Shown piece after piece: positions 25,875 through 35,182 of a stretch of DNA of 35,928 nt. The DNA lies in contig JBDGTY010000048.1 of NCBI GenBank assembly GCA_042216335.1, positions 2,811 through 38,738 on the forward strand, in the 5' to 3' direction. Position numbers and translations under genes: made by a program. Origin of the DNA: Candidatus Nanohalobium sp. (lineage in GTDB: Archaea > Nanohalarchaeota > Nanosalinia > Nanosalinales > Nanosalinaceae). How positions within the stretch are numbered: position 1 is the first letter of the stretch; each line of letters starts with the position of its first letter. The notes below the pieces were generated by a model, which had not been told where the DNA came from, ran no database searches, and worked only from the letters and a program-made list of their open reading frames with translations.

Positions 25875-26273
25875 GTGAAAGGATCCTACACACTTCTCAT
25901 CGAACTTTCCGAAACTTCGACTATCGAAGTCGGCAGCCTTGGAGAGATAGAGTTCCAGAATGGTTTCTATGCGTACAACGGTTCTGCTTTCGGGCCCGGC
26001 GGCTTGAAACGTGTAAACAGGCACAGGGAGAAATCTGAGGAAAGAGATGATCCGCACTGGCATATCGACTATCTTCTGGTACAGGAGAACTCGGAGATTG
26101 TTGAGGTCTTCATAAAAGATGCTGACCACGAATGCAAACTCAGTCAGGAGATGGCTGAAAAATTTTTGGAAGTTCAGGATTTTGGCTGTTCAGACTGTGA
26201 TTGTGGTTCGCATCTTTTCTACTCTGAGAAACGGGAGGAGCTGGAGAGTTTCCTGGAAAGTTTTTATTCCTGA
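25875..26273 (+). CDS. GIY-YIG (DUF123/Uri) nuclease family protein
   Basis: KGSYTLLI, YAYNGSA.GPGG..RV.RH, HWHIDYL, FGCSDC.C.SHL. Confidence 0.88.
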   Translation: MKGSYTLLIELSETSTIEVGSLGEIEFQNGFYAYNGSAFGPGGLKRVNRHREKSEERDDPHWHIDYLLVQENSEIVEVFIKDADHECKLSQEMAEKFLEVQDFGCSDCDCGSHLFYSEKREELESFLESFYS

Positions 26274-26290
26274 GGTCTAAACTCTTTTCT

Positions 26291-26533
26291 ATGGATTTAC
26301 TTAGTTTGGTCGGTGGTTTTGTAGTCGGCTTTGTCGCCGGTGCTGGTGCGTTGATCTTCTACATGCGGTGGAAGATGATGAACCAGTTGAACGCTATGCA
26401 GCAGAACATGGAGGGCATGTTCGACATGACCGAAGACATGATGGATGGCGCCGGTATGGGCGATATTGATGTGGATGATGTCGACATGGATGAGGCATCT
26501 TTCGAGGAAGTTGAAGAAGAAAAGGAGGAGTAG
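26291..26533 (+). CDS. small membrane-anchored acidic protein
   Basis: One N-terminal TM helix, Met/Asp/Glu-rich tail. Confidence 0.7.
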   Translation: MDLLSLVGGFVVGFVAGAGALIFYMRWKMMNQLNAMQQNMEGMFDMTEDMMDGAGMGDIDVDDVDMDEASFEEVEEEKEE

Positions 26534-26773
26534 TTACTGGTCCTCGTATATCTGGTAGCCGAAGTAGACCTGGTAGAGTCCTGATAGGCCTACGAGCAAG
26601 TAGACTACTGCCTCGAACTGCGTCCCGAGTGGGCCGAGCAGCTGATTTACGAGGTTGTAAGCATTCCTGCTAGGTGCTCCAGAAATGATGCTCAGTCCGA
26701 CCAGTCCCCAGTTGACTGCTCCGATGATAATGAGCACCAGCGAGGCCCAGTCAAGGATGTTAACTTCGTCCAT
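26534..26773 (-). CDS. DUF378 family membrane protein
   Basis: LVLIIIGAVNWGLVG...YNLV....G.....VYLLVGLSGLY. Confidence 0.9.
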   Translation of the reverse strand: MDEVNILDWASLVLIIIGAVNWGLVGLSIISGAPSRNAYNLVNQLLGPLGTQFEAVVYLLVGLSGLYQVYFGYQIYEDQ

Positions 26774-26830
26774 AAGTTTTGTTCACCTCACAGAGGAATA
26801 AGAGAAAGTTTGAATAAAAAGTTTGGAGCC

Positions 26831-27193
26831 TTACTTCGACTCCTCTATTCTATCAGCGGTCGCCTCCATCTCGTCGGATATTTCCCTCAGCTGCTCGATG
26901 AATGCCTCAGTACGAGCGTTCATCTCCTCCTCTATCTCGATGTTGCGCAGTGCGACACGGAGATGGCTTTCCTTCACCTTCGCCATGTACTCAGCCTCAT
27001 CCATGGTGGCATCGATTATCTCATCCAGAAGGCCGGAAAGCACGCAGTTCACAACGTGGGGTACGTCGCCGTCTAGAGTCTGTTCGTCGTCCATGTTTTC
27101 CCTGAAGAGTCTGCGGATCCTTCCCTCTGAAAGTGCCAGGTCCGAGTTTTCGAGCTGTCCGTAGTCGTCGGGGATCAAGTCCTCGAAGTTCAT
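26831..27193 (-). CDS. histone-fold protein with C-terminal helical/coiled-coil tail
   Basis: LSEGRIRRLFRE (alpha1), long alpha2 DVPHVVNCVLSGLLDEIIDATMDEA, KVKESHLRVAL (L2-alpha3); ATG 27193. Confidence 0.65.
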   Translation of the reverse strand: MNFEDLIPDDYGQLENSDLALSEGRIRRLFRENMDDEQTLDGDVPHVVNCVLSGLLDEIIDATMDEAEYMAKVKESHLRVALRNIEIEEEMNARTEAFIEQLREISDEMEATADRIEESK

Positions 27194-27287
27194 ATCGAAG
27201 TTCAAGGGGTTTAGCTTAAAATAAGTTGGATGAGCCGGTTCCTGCTGGAGGGCGACCCCTGTCCGGGAGCCCATCCATATGACCACC

Positions 27288-27302
27288 AAAAGCGTTATAA
27301 CA
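27288..27302 (+). promoter_or_regulatory. BRE/TATA promoter of tfb
   Basis: AAAAGCGTTATAAC ~35 nt upstream of ATG 27335. Confidence 0.55.
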
Positions 27303-27334
27303 CTTGACCGCTGTTAAGTTTATGTGAACAATCT

Positions 27335-28261
27335 ATGAAAACTGAAACTATCGAATCGAAAGCTTCACCAAGCGACGATGACGTCCTGGAATGCCCGAAC
27401 TGTGGCAGCAGAGCCTTTGACAGAGATAGTGCTGCCGGCGAAATCTACTGCAGGGAATGCGGGACAGTCGTCGAAGAAGACAAACTCGACACCTCCGGAC
27501 CTAGAACATTCTCCGCCGAGGACAGGCAGGACAAGGAACGCTCCGGCAGCAGCATCACATATACACGGCACGACAAAGGTATCTCTACCGAAATCGGATC
27601 AGGCGCCATGCAGGGAATGAGCGGAGAGAAGAGAGGCCAGTACTACCGGCTGAGGAAATGGCATTCCCGGAGCTCTGACTCCAAGTCAAGAAACATAAAA
27701 ACGGCCCTGAGGCATATTGATGATATCGTTAACCAGCTGAACCTGCCAGAGTCCGTGGAGGAGGAAGCGGCCAGGATGTACGAGAAAGCGGTAGACGAGG
27801 AAGTCGTGAAAGGGAGAAAAATCGAGAAGATCGCCGCATCCATCGTGTTCATCGTGGCCCGGAACCAGAACATCCCGAGAACGATGAAGGAGTTTAGCGA
27901 GGCTTCAGGCATTTCAGAGAGGGAACTGGGCAAGAATTACCGTTATGTCTCCAAGGAACTCGATGTCAACGTCCAGACCATCAGGCCAGAAAGCTTCGTC
28001 CCGAGATACGCCTCAAAGCTGGATCTATCGGGAGAGACGCAGGCAGATGCAAGAGAACTCATCCTTGATGCCAGAGAGAAAGGCCTGACCTCGGGAAGAA
28101 GTCCTGACGGCATCGCAGCAGCAGCACTCTACATGAGTGCCAAGAAGAACGACGAAAAGATTACCCAGAGAGAGATAGCCGACATCGCGGGAGTCACAGA
28201 AGTCACCATCAGAAAGGGCACCGAACAACTAGGAAAGATAGAGGAAAGAGAAAATGAGTGA
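27335..28261 (+). CDS. tfb: transcription initiation factor IIB
   Basis: CPNC..CREC.TV zinc ribbon, HDKGIST.I, RLRKW, two cyclin repeats, GRSP..IAAAALY, TQREIA..AGVTEVTIR. Confidence 0.96.
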   Translation: MKTETIESKASPSDDDVLECPNCGSRAFDRDSAAGEIYCRECGTVVEEDKLDTSGPRTFSAEDRQDKERSGSSITYTRHDKGISTEIGSGAMQGMSGEKRGQYYRLRKWHSRSSDSKSRNIKTALRHIDDIVNQLNLPESVEEEAARMYEKAVDEEVVKGRKIEKIAASIVFIVARNQNIPRTMKEFSEASGISERELGKNYRYVSKELDVNVQTIRPESFVPRYASKLDLSGETQADARELILDAREKGLTSGRSPDGIAAAALYMSAKKNDEKITQREIADIAGVTEVTIRKGTEQLGKIEERENE

Positions 28262-28294
28262 AAAATAGGTGTAGAGAAAAGGAGCTGGAAGACT

Positions 28295-28483
28295 TCAGGC
28301 TCTCTTGCCTTCTGTCTTCCAGTCGTCGATGATATTCCGGCCTTTGGAAGCCTTGCTAGTCGACTCGTTGTCGTTCACATGTTCCTCTGCCCTGTGGACG
28401 CCTTCCTTGGTTCTGGCATCCGCCTCGCTGTCACCTTCGAAGACTTCTCCACAGTAAGGGCATTCTACTTCTGCATTTGTCAT
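28295..28483 (-). CDS. small C2H2-like zinc-finger protein
   Basis: CPYC...HRAEEH; ATG 28483. Confidence 0.7.
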   Translation of the reverse strand: MTNAEVECPYCGEVFEGDSEADARTKEGVHRAEEHVNDNESTSKASKGRNIIDDWKTEGKRA

Positions 28484-28678
28484 AGACACATTGTCACCAT
28501 TAGATAACAAAAACTTATATGCTTTCCGGGTCGAAGCTTCCTATCGAAAGAAGCTTCTCAGACACTCAACCTGGAAGGTTGGTGCGGATCCAAAACCCTT
28601 ATCAAACAAAGCATACATGAATCAACCCACAATACTTTTAAAGACTTCCCCGGATTTCAGGTTGAGAAAGTAACCAGG

Positions 28679-28792
28679 ATGTTCAGTAAATGCGCGCACA
28701 AGAGTTGCAACAAACAGACCATGCTCGCCCTATGCAACGAACACACAGACGAAAGAGTACACGGATCTAAGGGTCTGAACAGTCACGGATAA
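28679..28792 (+). CDS. 37-aa CCCH-type microprotein candidate; not in ORF track
   Basis: MFSKCAHKSCNKQTMLALCNEHTDERVHGSKGLNSHG (C-x4-C-x8-C-x2-H); TTTTAAAG upstream. Confidence 0.45.
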   Translation: MFSKCAHKSCNKQTMLALCNEHTDERVHGSKGLNSHG

Positions 28793-28907
28793 AACCGCAG
28801 TTGTCGCAGCGCAACTCACACGCCACGTACTCTTCCATCTCTCCTCCACAGTTCCAGCAATCGAAGATCTCAGATCTTCTTCCATCTGAATCTCCCAAAC
28901 CAGACAT
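28767..28907 (-). CDS. 46-aa zinc-finger microprotein (resembles haloarchaeal HVO_2523-type); not in ORF track
   Basis: MSGLGDSDGRRSEIFDCWNCGGEMEEYVACELRCDNCGFIRDCSDP; ATG abuts ferredoxin stop. Confidence 0.75.
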   Translation of the reverse strand: MSGLGDSDGRRSEIFDCWNCGGEMEEYVACELRCDNCGFIRDCSDP

Positions 28908-29213
28908 TCAGAACCACTCCGGCTCCGAGATCTCGATATCACCGTATACATCCGCCTGACAGGAAAGCCGGAAAGGGCTGTCAAGAACCTCCTCGCCCTG
29001 GAAACGCCGCAGAGTGTTCTTCTCATCCTCCTCCATTTCGGAGAGATTCTCCATGCCTTCCTCGACCTTTACACGGCAGGTGGTGCAGTTGCAGAAGCCT
29101 CCGCACGCATGCATCCACTCAACCCCACCGTGAAGCAAAGCCTGGAGTATGTCCTGTCCGTCCTCGGCCTCAACAGTTTCGTTCCTGTCGACGACCTCGA
29201 TTTTGTGTGTCAT
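28908..29213 (-). CDS. [2Fe-2S] ferredoxin
   Basis: CGGFCNCTTC and RLSCQ. Confidence 0.92.
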   Translation of the reverse strand: MTHKIEVVDRNETVEAEDGQDILQALLHGGVEWMHACGGFCNCTTCRVKVEEGMENLSEMEEDEKNTLRRFQGEEVLDSPFRLSCQADVYGDIEISEPEWF

Positions 29214-29223
29214 AATACTATTC

Positions 29224-29700
29224 TCACTGATATATTGTAGGAACGTAATTATCTGGTATTAAGTCTTCTTCACCAACTTCTTCCCTAGAAGTATTCACCA
29301 CTCCCACAACTTCCCCTTGAGCTACGGCACTTTCGGCTGCATCCAGAAGCTCATCGTAGTCTGTATACTCTCCAGGAAGCTTTGTTTCTCTAATCTGATA
29401 ATTATAGCTGAAACCTGTGATTGCATGTCGAAGTTTTTGTATTTTATTTCTCTTGTTCAGAATAGCTTGCGTTCCCTCATCTTCCGGGTCTAGAGGTTCG
29501 AATTGATATACAGAATAGTCTTGACCGGTTTTGAGGGCAACTAGCCCGCCATCTTCCTCAATTTTTTGCAGCCTCTCTAATTCCCCTAGTCGAGGAGTGG
29601 ATGCTCCTGTGTTGTAATGCACCGGCCTATCAAGGAATCTTACTCCAAAGTTTACCAGGTCATTCTCTAGGTTTTCATCAAGCAGAGTAAGTATCTCCAT
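29224..29700 (-). CDS. hypothetical protein
   Basis: 158-aa acidic ORF, AT-richer than neighbours. Confidence 0.6.
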   Translation of the reverse strand: MEILTLLDENLENDLVNFGVRFLDRPVHYNTGASTPRLGELERLQKIEEDGGLVALKTGQDYSVYQFEPLDPEDEGTQAILNKRNKIQKLRHAITGFSYNYQIRETKLPGEYTDYDELLDAAESAVAQGEVVGVVNTSREEVGEEDLIPDNYVPTIYQ

Positions 29701-29748
29701 GTACTATAATCACCTGGCAAACCTTATCAGATTTAACTGATCCCTCCT

Positions 29749-30900
29749 CTATGAAGCCATGATGCTGTAGACTAGGACCGTGATCAACGTCAGTATCACG
29801 AACCCTGACCAGTAGTTCACGTACTTCCTGTACTCCTCGCCCGCGAACCTCTCAACCACTGCGTCGAGGATGTGGCCGCCATCGAGCGGCTTGGCTGGCA
29901 GCATGTTGAACAGTCCGATACCCAGGTTGAGGAACGAGATTATCTGGAGCAGTGAAAGGAACCATCTCTCCAGGCCACTGTAGATCGAGAACCGTACTCC
30001 AAGGTAGCCTTTCTCATCGCCGTTTATGGACGTGGCTTCGACTTTGAACTCGCCTTCAGTAGTCTTCAGGCTGTACGTCTCGTTGACCTTGATCTTCGAG
30101 GCGGAGGAGTTGAACTCCGATATATTGTTTATTTCTGAACCGTTAAACGCGATAAGCCGGCCGCTGTCCATCCCTGCCTCGGCCGCAGGATAACCTTTCT
30201 GAGCCGTGTAGTGGATCTCGCCTGGCGAGGCCAGCATAGAACCCGATAGTATCCAGAGACCGAGGAAGACGGCTGCGAAGACGTAGTTCGCCCAGCTCCC
30301 CGCGGAAAGGACCTTGATCCTTGAGATCCAGTCGCCCTGGTCCCAAGCGCCGTGTGACTCGCCCTCTACCTCTTCTGCTCCGCCGAGCATGTTCTGGCCC
30401 TTCGGCTCGACAAAGGCTCCCGGGATGACGCCGAGCACCAGTACGCCGACGGAGTTAATATCAAAGTCTTCCAAGCGGGCGACTATTCCGTGGCTGAGCT
30501 CGTGTACGACCATCAGGACCACAATGGAGATGAACCAGTATTCGGCAGGTACGAAGGTCACGCCGGGTTGGGTTGAGACTGTGCTGCCTGTGCCGGGAGC
30601 AACCAATCCGAAGTTGCTGCTCGGGTTTCCTGTGACTGCGACGTTGAAGATGCTTCCGCCTACGGTCAAACTGATCAAAAGTATAGATGCGAAAGCTGCG
30701 ATGACGCCGCCCCAGGCATAGGCGTTCCAGAAACGCGGGAACTTTTTCGCGATCCTGTCGATTATCTCTATGCCTTTTTTCGTCCTCCTGAAGAACAGTA
30801 TACCGGATCTCTCCACGTTCTTCCTGTCCCAGTACATCAAACCGAAGATCGCTGCGATAGTACCGACGAGAAAAACCAGTCTTGGACTTACCTCTATCAT
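29749..30900 (-). CDS. site-2 protease (M50) membrane metalloprotease with PDZ-like segment
   Basis: HELSH, GAFVEP, AGSWAN, FNMLPAKPLDGG. Confidence 0.93.
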   Translation of the reverse strand: MIEVSPRLVFLVGTIAAIFGLMYWDRKNVERSGILFFRRTKKGIEIIDRIAKKFPRFWNAYAWGGVIAAFASILLISLTVGGSIFNVAVTGNPSSNFGLVAPGTGSTVSTQPGVTFVPAEYWFISIVVLMVVHELSHGIVARLEDFDINSVGVLVLGVIPGAFVEPKGQNMLGGAEEVEGESHGAWDQGDWISRIKVLSAGSWANYVFAAVFLGLWILSGSMLASPGEIHYTAQKGYPAAEAGMDSGRLIAFNGSEINNISEFNSSASKIKVNETYSLKTTEGEFKVEATSINGDEKGYLGVRFSIYSGLERWFLSLLQIISFLNLGIGLFNMLPAKPLDGGHILDAVVERFAGEEYRKYVNYWSGFVILTLITVLVYSIMAS

Positions 30901-30984
30901 ATAACATCAGCCGGGAACCTGAGTTAAAAACATGCAGTCAGAACCTTGATGCAGTTTAAAAATTTCGGAGCGAAAATCTTTCCT

Positions 30985-32586
30985 ATGAGCGATCAACCCC
31001 TGTTCTGGGCAGATCAGTTAGCCTTCGGCACGACTAGAAAATTCCCCGACGAAGAAGAATACGTGTGCGCATCCGGCATATCCCCATCCGGACTTGTACA
31101 CGCAGGAAACTTCAGGGAGATAATTACGACGGACTTTGTCGTCAAGTCACTGAAGAACAGGGGAGAGGACGTCAAATTCATCTACTCCTGGGACGACTAT
31201 GACCGATTCAGAAAAGTTCCAGCCAACGTGCCTGATGAGTGGGAAGAATATATCGGCCTTCCACTTTCGGAAGTGCCTGACCCGGAAGGATGCCACGACA
31301 GCTACGCCGACCACTTCGAGGCCCAACTTGAAGACGAACTGGAAGGCATGCACATGGACATAGAGTTCATCCGTCAATCCGAAAAGTTTACTTCCGGAGA
31401 TTACACGGAACAGATCAAGCACGCAATGCAGAACCGGGAAGAGATCAAAAAGATACTTGACAAGTACAGGCAGGAACCACTCGAAGAACCATACTTCCCG
31501 CTCAGAGTCTACTGCAAGGAATGCGGCAAGGACTTCACAGAAGTAACAGAATACGACGGAAAGTACACGGTTAACTACCACTGCGAAGAATGTAGAGATG
31601 ATTTCAAACTGAACTTCAAAGATAATCCCTCTGTCAAGCTTCCATGGCGGGTCGACTGGCCGATGCGCTGGAAGTACGAGGGCGTCGACTTCGAGCCGGC
31701 AGGAAAGGAACATAGCGCTTCAGGAGGTAGCAGAGACACAGGAAACGAACTTGCTGAAGAAATATTTGACAAAGAGCCCCCCGTCCATCAGATGTATGAA
31801 TTTGTAACGAAAGACGGCGGAAAGATCTCATCAAGCTCTGGCGAAGATGTGTTCACGATCTCCGAGCTGAAGAAAGTCTACAGTCCTGAGATGATCCGGT
31901 TCCTGTTCTCGAACACGAAGCCGAATAAGGCGTTTGAGATTCCCTTCGAGGACGAGGAGATATTCCAGAGGTACGAGAAGTTCGACGAGATCGAGCACCA
32001 GTACTTCAATCCTGAGGAACTTGAAAACGACCGTGAGATGAAGCACAGGCAGCGTGTCTACGAGATGGCGATGGTGGAGATTCCTGAGGAAGAACCTGTC
32101 CGCGTGCCGTTCAAACAGGCTGCGTTCGTCGCCCAGACCGTACCGGAAGACAAGTGGGAAACCAAGGGCTTCGACTCGCTGAGGAGGACAGGACACCTGC
32201 CAGAAGAGCTTTCAGAAGAGGACAGACAGAGAACGCTGGATAGGCTGGAAAGGGCGAAGAACTGGGCCCGCGACTACGCACCGGAGGAATACGTTTACAG
32301 CATAAATTACGAACTACCTGAACAGATTAAGGAAGAACTTTCCGGGGAAGAGAAAGAGGCCGCAGAGCTTCTGGCAGAAATGCTGGAAAACGAATCCTGG
32401 GAGGATCAGGACGACCTCGACGGTAAGATCTTCGACATTAAAGAAGAGACAGAACTCGGAACCGGAGAATTCTTCACCGCGATGTACAGGATCATTCTTT
32501 CCCGGGAGAACGGTCCAAGACTTTCCCGGTTAATTATCTCGATCGGAGCTGAGGACTCGGCTGAAATTCTGAAGCAGGTGAATTAA
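30985..32586 (+). CDS. lysS: lysine--tRNA ligase, class I
   Basis: FWAD, SGISPSG.VHAGNFRE (HIGH), DDYDRFRKVP, KLPWRVDWPMRW, GKEH, KISSSSG (KMSKS), GPRL; ATG 30985. Confidence 0.96.
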   Translation: MSDQPLFWADQLAFGTTRKFPDEEEYVCASGISPSGLVHAGNFREIITTDFVVKSLKNRGEDVKFIYSWDDYDRFRKVPANVPDEWEEYIGLPLSEVPDPEGCHDSYADHFEAQLEDELEGMHMDIEFIRQSEKFTSGDYTEQIKHAMQNREEIKKILDKYRQEPLEEPYFPLRVYCKECGKDFTEVTEYDGKYTVNYHCEECRDDFKLNFKDNPSVKLPWRVDWPMRWKYEGVDFEPAGKEHSASGGSRDTGNELAEEIFDKEPPVHQMYEFVTKDGGKISSSSGEDVFTISELKKVYSPEMIRFLFSNTKPNKAFEIPFEDEEIFQRYEKFDEIEHQYFNPEELENDREMKHRQRVYEMAMVEIPEEEPVRVPFKQAAFVAQTVPEDKWETKGFDSLRRTGHLPEELSEEDRQRTLDRLERAKNWARDYAPEEYVYSINYELPEQIKEELSGEEKEAAELLAEMLENESWEDQDDLDGKIFDIKEETELGTGEFFTAMYRIILSRENGPRLSRLIISIGAEDSAEILKQVN

Positions 32587-32591
32587 CAGCA

Positions 32592-33533
32592 TTGGAAGAG
32601 AAGATTCCCTGGGTTGCTGAAAGAAAACTTGGTGAATCCCCTCAGAGAATTGACAGAGTATCTGAAGGTCTGATACACCAGACGTTCCTACTCGTTCTTG
32701 AGGATAGGGAGCTAGTTATGCAGGTTTCGGATGCTGACGAGGAGCGTGAGAGGTCGATGAGGCGGAAGTGTCAGGTAATGTCCCGGAACACCAGTCTTCC
32801 TATTCCGGATCTGGTGGCTGGTCCTGACATATTCGCGAAAGATGGAAGCAAGAGGATGTTCTTCATCATGGAGAAGATGCCTGGGAAGCAGTTGAATGAG
32901 GAGTACTCTGAGGAACTTGGGGTCGAGACAGGAAGGATGCTGGCACTTTTCCACGATATTCGGAGTTTTGAGAGGGCTGCATGGCTTTCTCCCGGAAAGA
33001 ATGGATTTGAACTCTACAACTTCGAGGAGGGAAGCCTGAAGGACTGGATACTTTCTGAACTGGAGGAAAACCTTGAAATCCTGAGAGAGAACGGCTTCGG
33101 AGAGATCTGCGGCGAAATCCGGGCCTTCTACGATGATAATGGAGACAATCTTCCCGAGGATTTTTCCGCGGTACTCTGCCACGGAGACTTCAGCCCGGAC
33201 AACCTCTTGATCGAGGACGGCGGGATATCTGGAATACTTGATTTCGACTATGTCTATGCAGGCCACAGACAGAGAGATCTAGTGAAAACAGCCAACTCCT
33301 TCCTAGTTGAAGGCTTTGACTCCAGAGAAGAGATCTACCAGGGATACAGAAAAGAGAAAGAACTTGACGAAAGCTTCGAATCCAACGAACCACTTTACAG
33401 GATGGAGACGCTTGTCGCCATAGTAGCAAGCCTCTTCAAGCTTGGAGAAGACATGGACGAAGAACAAAAGAAGCATTACCGGGAGATGCTGAGGGAGAAT
33501 CTGGAGGAATGCAGAAACAATCTAGGAGTCTGA
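32592..33533 (+). CDS. APH/choline-kinase-like phosphotransferase
   Basis: FIMEKMPG, CHGDFSPDN, ILDFD; TTG start. Confidence 0.85.
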   Translation: MEEKIPWVAERKLGESPQRIDRVSEGLIHQTFLLVLEDRELVMQVSDADEERERSMRRKCQVMSRNTSLPIPDLVAGPDIFAKDGSKRMFFIMEKMPGKQLNEEYSEELGVETGRMLALFHDIRSFERAAWLSPGKNGFELYNFEEGSLKDWILSELEENLEILRENGFGEICGEIRAFYDDNGDNLPEDFSAVLCHGDFSPDNLLIEDGGISGILDFDYVYAGHRQRDLVKTANSFLVEGFDSREEIYQGYRKEKELDESFESNEPLYRMETLVAIVASLFKLGEDMDEEQKKHYREMLRENLEECRNNLGV

Positions 33534-34151
33534 ATCTGACTCTAAAATTGCTGAAAACCTGTCCCACAACTTCTCCCTCCCCCTTCCTTTCTCTACTGCC
33601 TCCCTGATATTTTCCTCTTCCGGCCGGGGCAGGTAGCTCAGCATCTCAAGGCATTCCTCTGCGTCTTCGTCCAGTTCTTCTTCCTCTATCATCTCCTCGA
33701 CTTTCTCAGCTACCTCCATTCCCGCCGGCTCCTCCTCGGTCTTCTCAACGTAGTATTCGATAGCGGAGTCCGGATAACCGAGGAACTCTCCGACCGCCCT
33801 GTCCGAAAAGCCACAGAACCGTCCATCCGATTCTTCCAGTATCCTGAATCTTTTCCGGTTCCGGGCAAGAAAGACGCTGTCCTTCATAAACCGCTTATCC
33901 CTGCCCAACAACCGATTTATAAGTGATCTGTCGCCGCCCTCAACCACCTTCATCTCCAACCCGAACTCCCGCGAGAAATCCTCCAACACCTTCCGGGTAT
34001 CTCTGTCGACCCCCATGACAAGGGCGCCAGGCTTCTCATCCAGCAACAGGAACAGTAAATCTCTCACCTTCCCATCTGTCTTCACTCCAGGTAGTCTATC
34101 CCTGAAGTATTCTCTGACTCTCTCCTCACGGAAATCCTCCAGAGACTCCAT
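33522..34151 (-). CDS. hypothetical protein (G.FLGYP motif, DUF483-like)
   Basis: KPGAL, VGEFLGYPDSAIEYY; ATG 34151. Confidence 0.65.
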   Translation of the reverse strand: MESLEDFREERVREYFRDRLPGVKTDGKVRDLLFLLLDEKPGALVMGVDRDTRKVLEDFSREFGLEMKVVEGGDRSLINRLLGRDKRFMKDSVFLARNRKRFRILEESDGRFCGFSDRAVGEFLGYPDSAIEYYVEKTEEEPAGMEVAEKVEEMIEEEELDEDAEECLEMLSYLPRPEEENIREAVEKGRGREKLWDRFSAILESDSDS

Positions 34152-34206
34152 AGATGACAGTTTATCACAACCCGGTTTTATCTTTGTCCTCTCCAAAGAA
34201 CGTTTC

Positions 34207-34509
34207 ATGGTATACAAGGTCAGGATCAGCGCAACCACCGAGGAGGAAGCAGAAGACATATCTGACGAACTGATCGATGAGAAGCTGGTCGCCGGGACAT
34301 TCATCACTTCCGGCCAATCCAGGTTCCACTGGAAGGGCGAGATACACGACGAGGAGTACTTCAACATACAGGCCTACACCACCGCGGGAAAAAAGCAGGA
34401 GCTTGTGTATAAAGTTGAGGAGATGCATAGCGACGATGCCCCGATCATCGAGCTGATTGAGATAAAGGGCAATGATAAGTTCCTGGAATGGGTTGAGGAT
34501 TCTCTGTAG
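34207..34509 (+). CDS. cutA: divalent-cation tolerance protein CutA
   Basis: EEA..I...LIDEKLVA, S.FHWKGEI..EE, H....P.I; ATG 34207. Confidence 0.85.
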   Translation: MVYKVRISATTEEEAEDISDELIDEKLVAGTFITSGQSRFHWKGEIHDEEYFNIQAYTTAGKKQELVYKVEEMHSDDAPIIELIEIKGNDKFLEWVEDSL

Positions 34510-34548
34510 CTGGCAGATTAAATAAAATTCAGTCACGAATTATCCGAT

Positions 34549-35154
34549 ATGTCTGAAGAAACTCAGGTAGTTTTCGTCAACGGCGGAATGACGTTCAAAG
34601 ACCGGGAAGGTTACCTTGAGTACCTGCGGAACAGGGAAGTAACTCTGGAGGAAGAGCAGACGTGGGACGAAGGCGACTACCTGGAGAGGTCGCTGAGCCC
34701 TGAAGTCGTCAGGGTCGACATGCCGTGCAGGGAAAACGCGGATTACGAGGAGTGGAAGATAACCTTTGAGAACTACTTTTCTGTCCTATCCGAGAAAGTC
34801 ATTCTTGTCGGTTTCTCACTGGGCGGCACGTTCCTGGCTAGATACCTCTCAGAAAACAGCTTTCCGAAGGAAGTGGTTTCAACATGTCTGGTAGCTCCGC
34901 CGTACGATGATGACATGCCTGAAGAAGATCTGGCAGGAGGTTTCGAGATAGATTCGGATTTATCTTTGCTTGAGGAGAACTGCGGGGAACTTACTCTGAT
35001 GTTTTCCGAGGAAGATGATGTGGTCCCGGTAAGACATGCAGACAAGTTCCGGGAAAACCTGACGGAAGCGGAAATTAAGATTTTTGAGAACAAGAATGGG
35101 CATTTTCAGAAAGCCGAGTTTCCGGAACTGGTGGAGAGGATAGAGGATAATTGA
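34549..35154 (+). CDS. RBBP9/YdeN-like alpha/beta hydrolase
   Basis: GFSLG nucleophile elbow, SEEDDVVP, GHF. Confidence 0.88.
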   Translation: MSEETQVVFVNGGMTFKDREGYLEYLRNREVTLEEEQTWDEGDYLERSLSPEVVRVDMPCRENADYEEWKITFENYFSVLSEKVILVGFSLGGTFLARYLSENSFPKEVVSTCLVAPPYDDDMPEEDLAGGFEIDSDLSLLEENCGELTLMFSEEDDVVPVRHADKFRENLTEAEIKIFENKNGHFQKAEFPELVERIEDN

Positions 35155-35182
35155 TTTAACTTTCTGGCTTTATCTACAGTAC

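Noticed and set aside
25821-26129. N-terminal extension of RHH antitoxin ORF
   Set aside because: Antisense to the GIY-YIG gene; RHH starts at ATG 25820
27228-27276. SRP RNA helix 8 (CAGG...AGCA on - strand)
   Set aside because: No GNRA tetraloop, wrong spacing, and the gap is too short for archaeal SRP RNA
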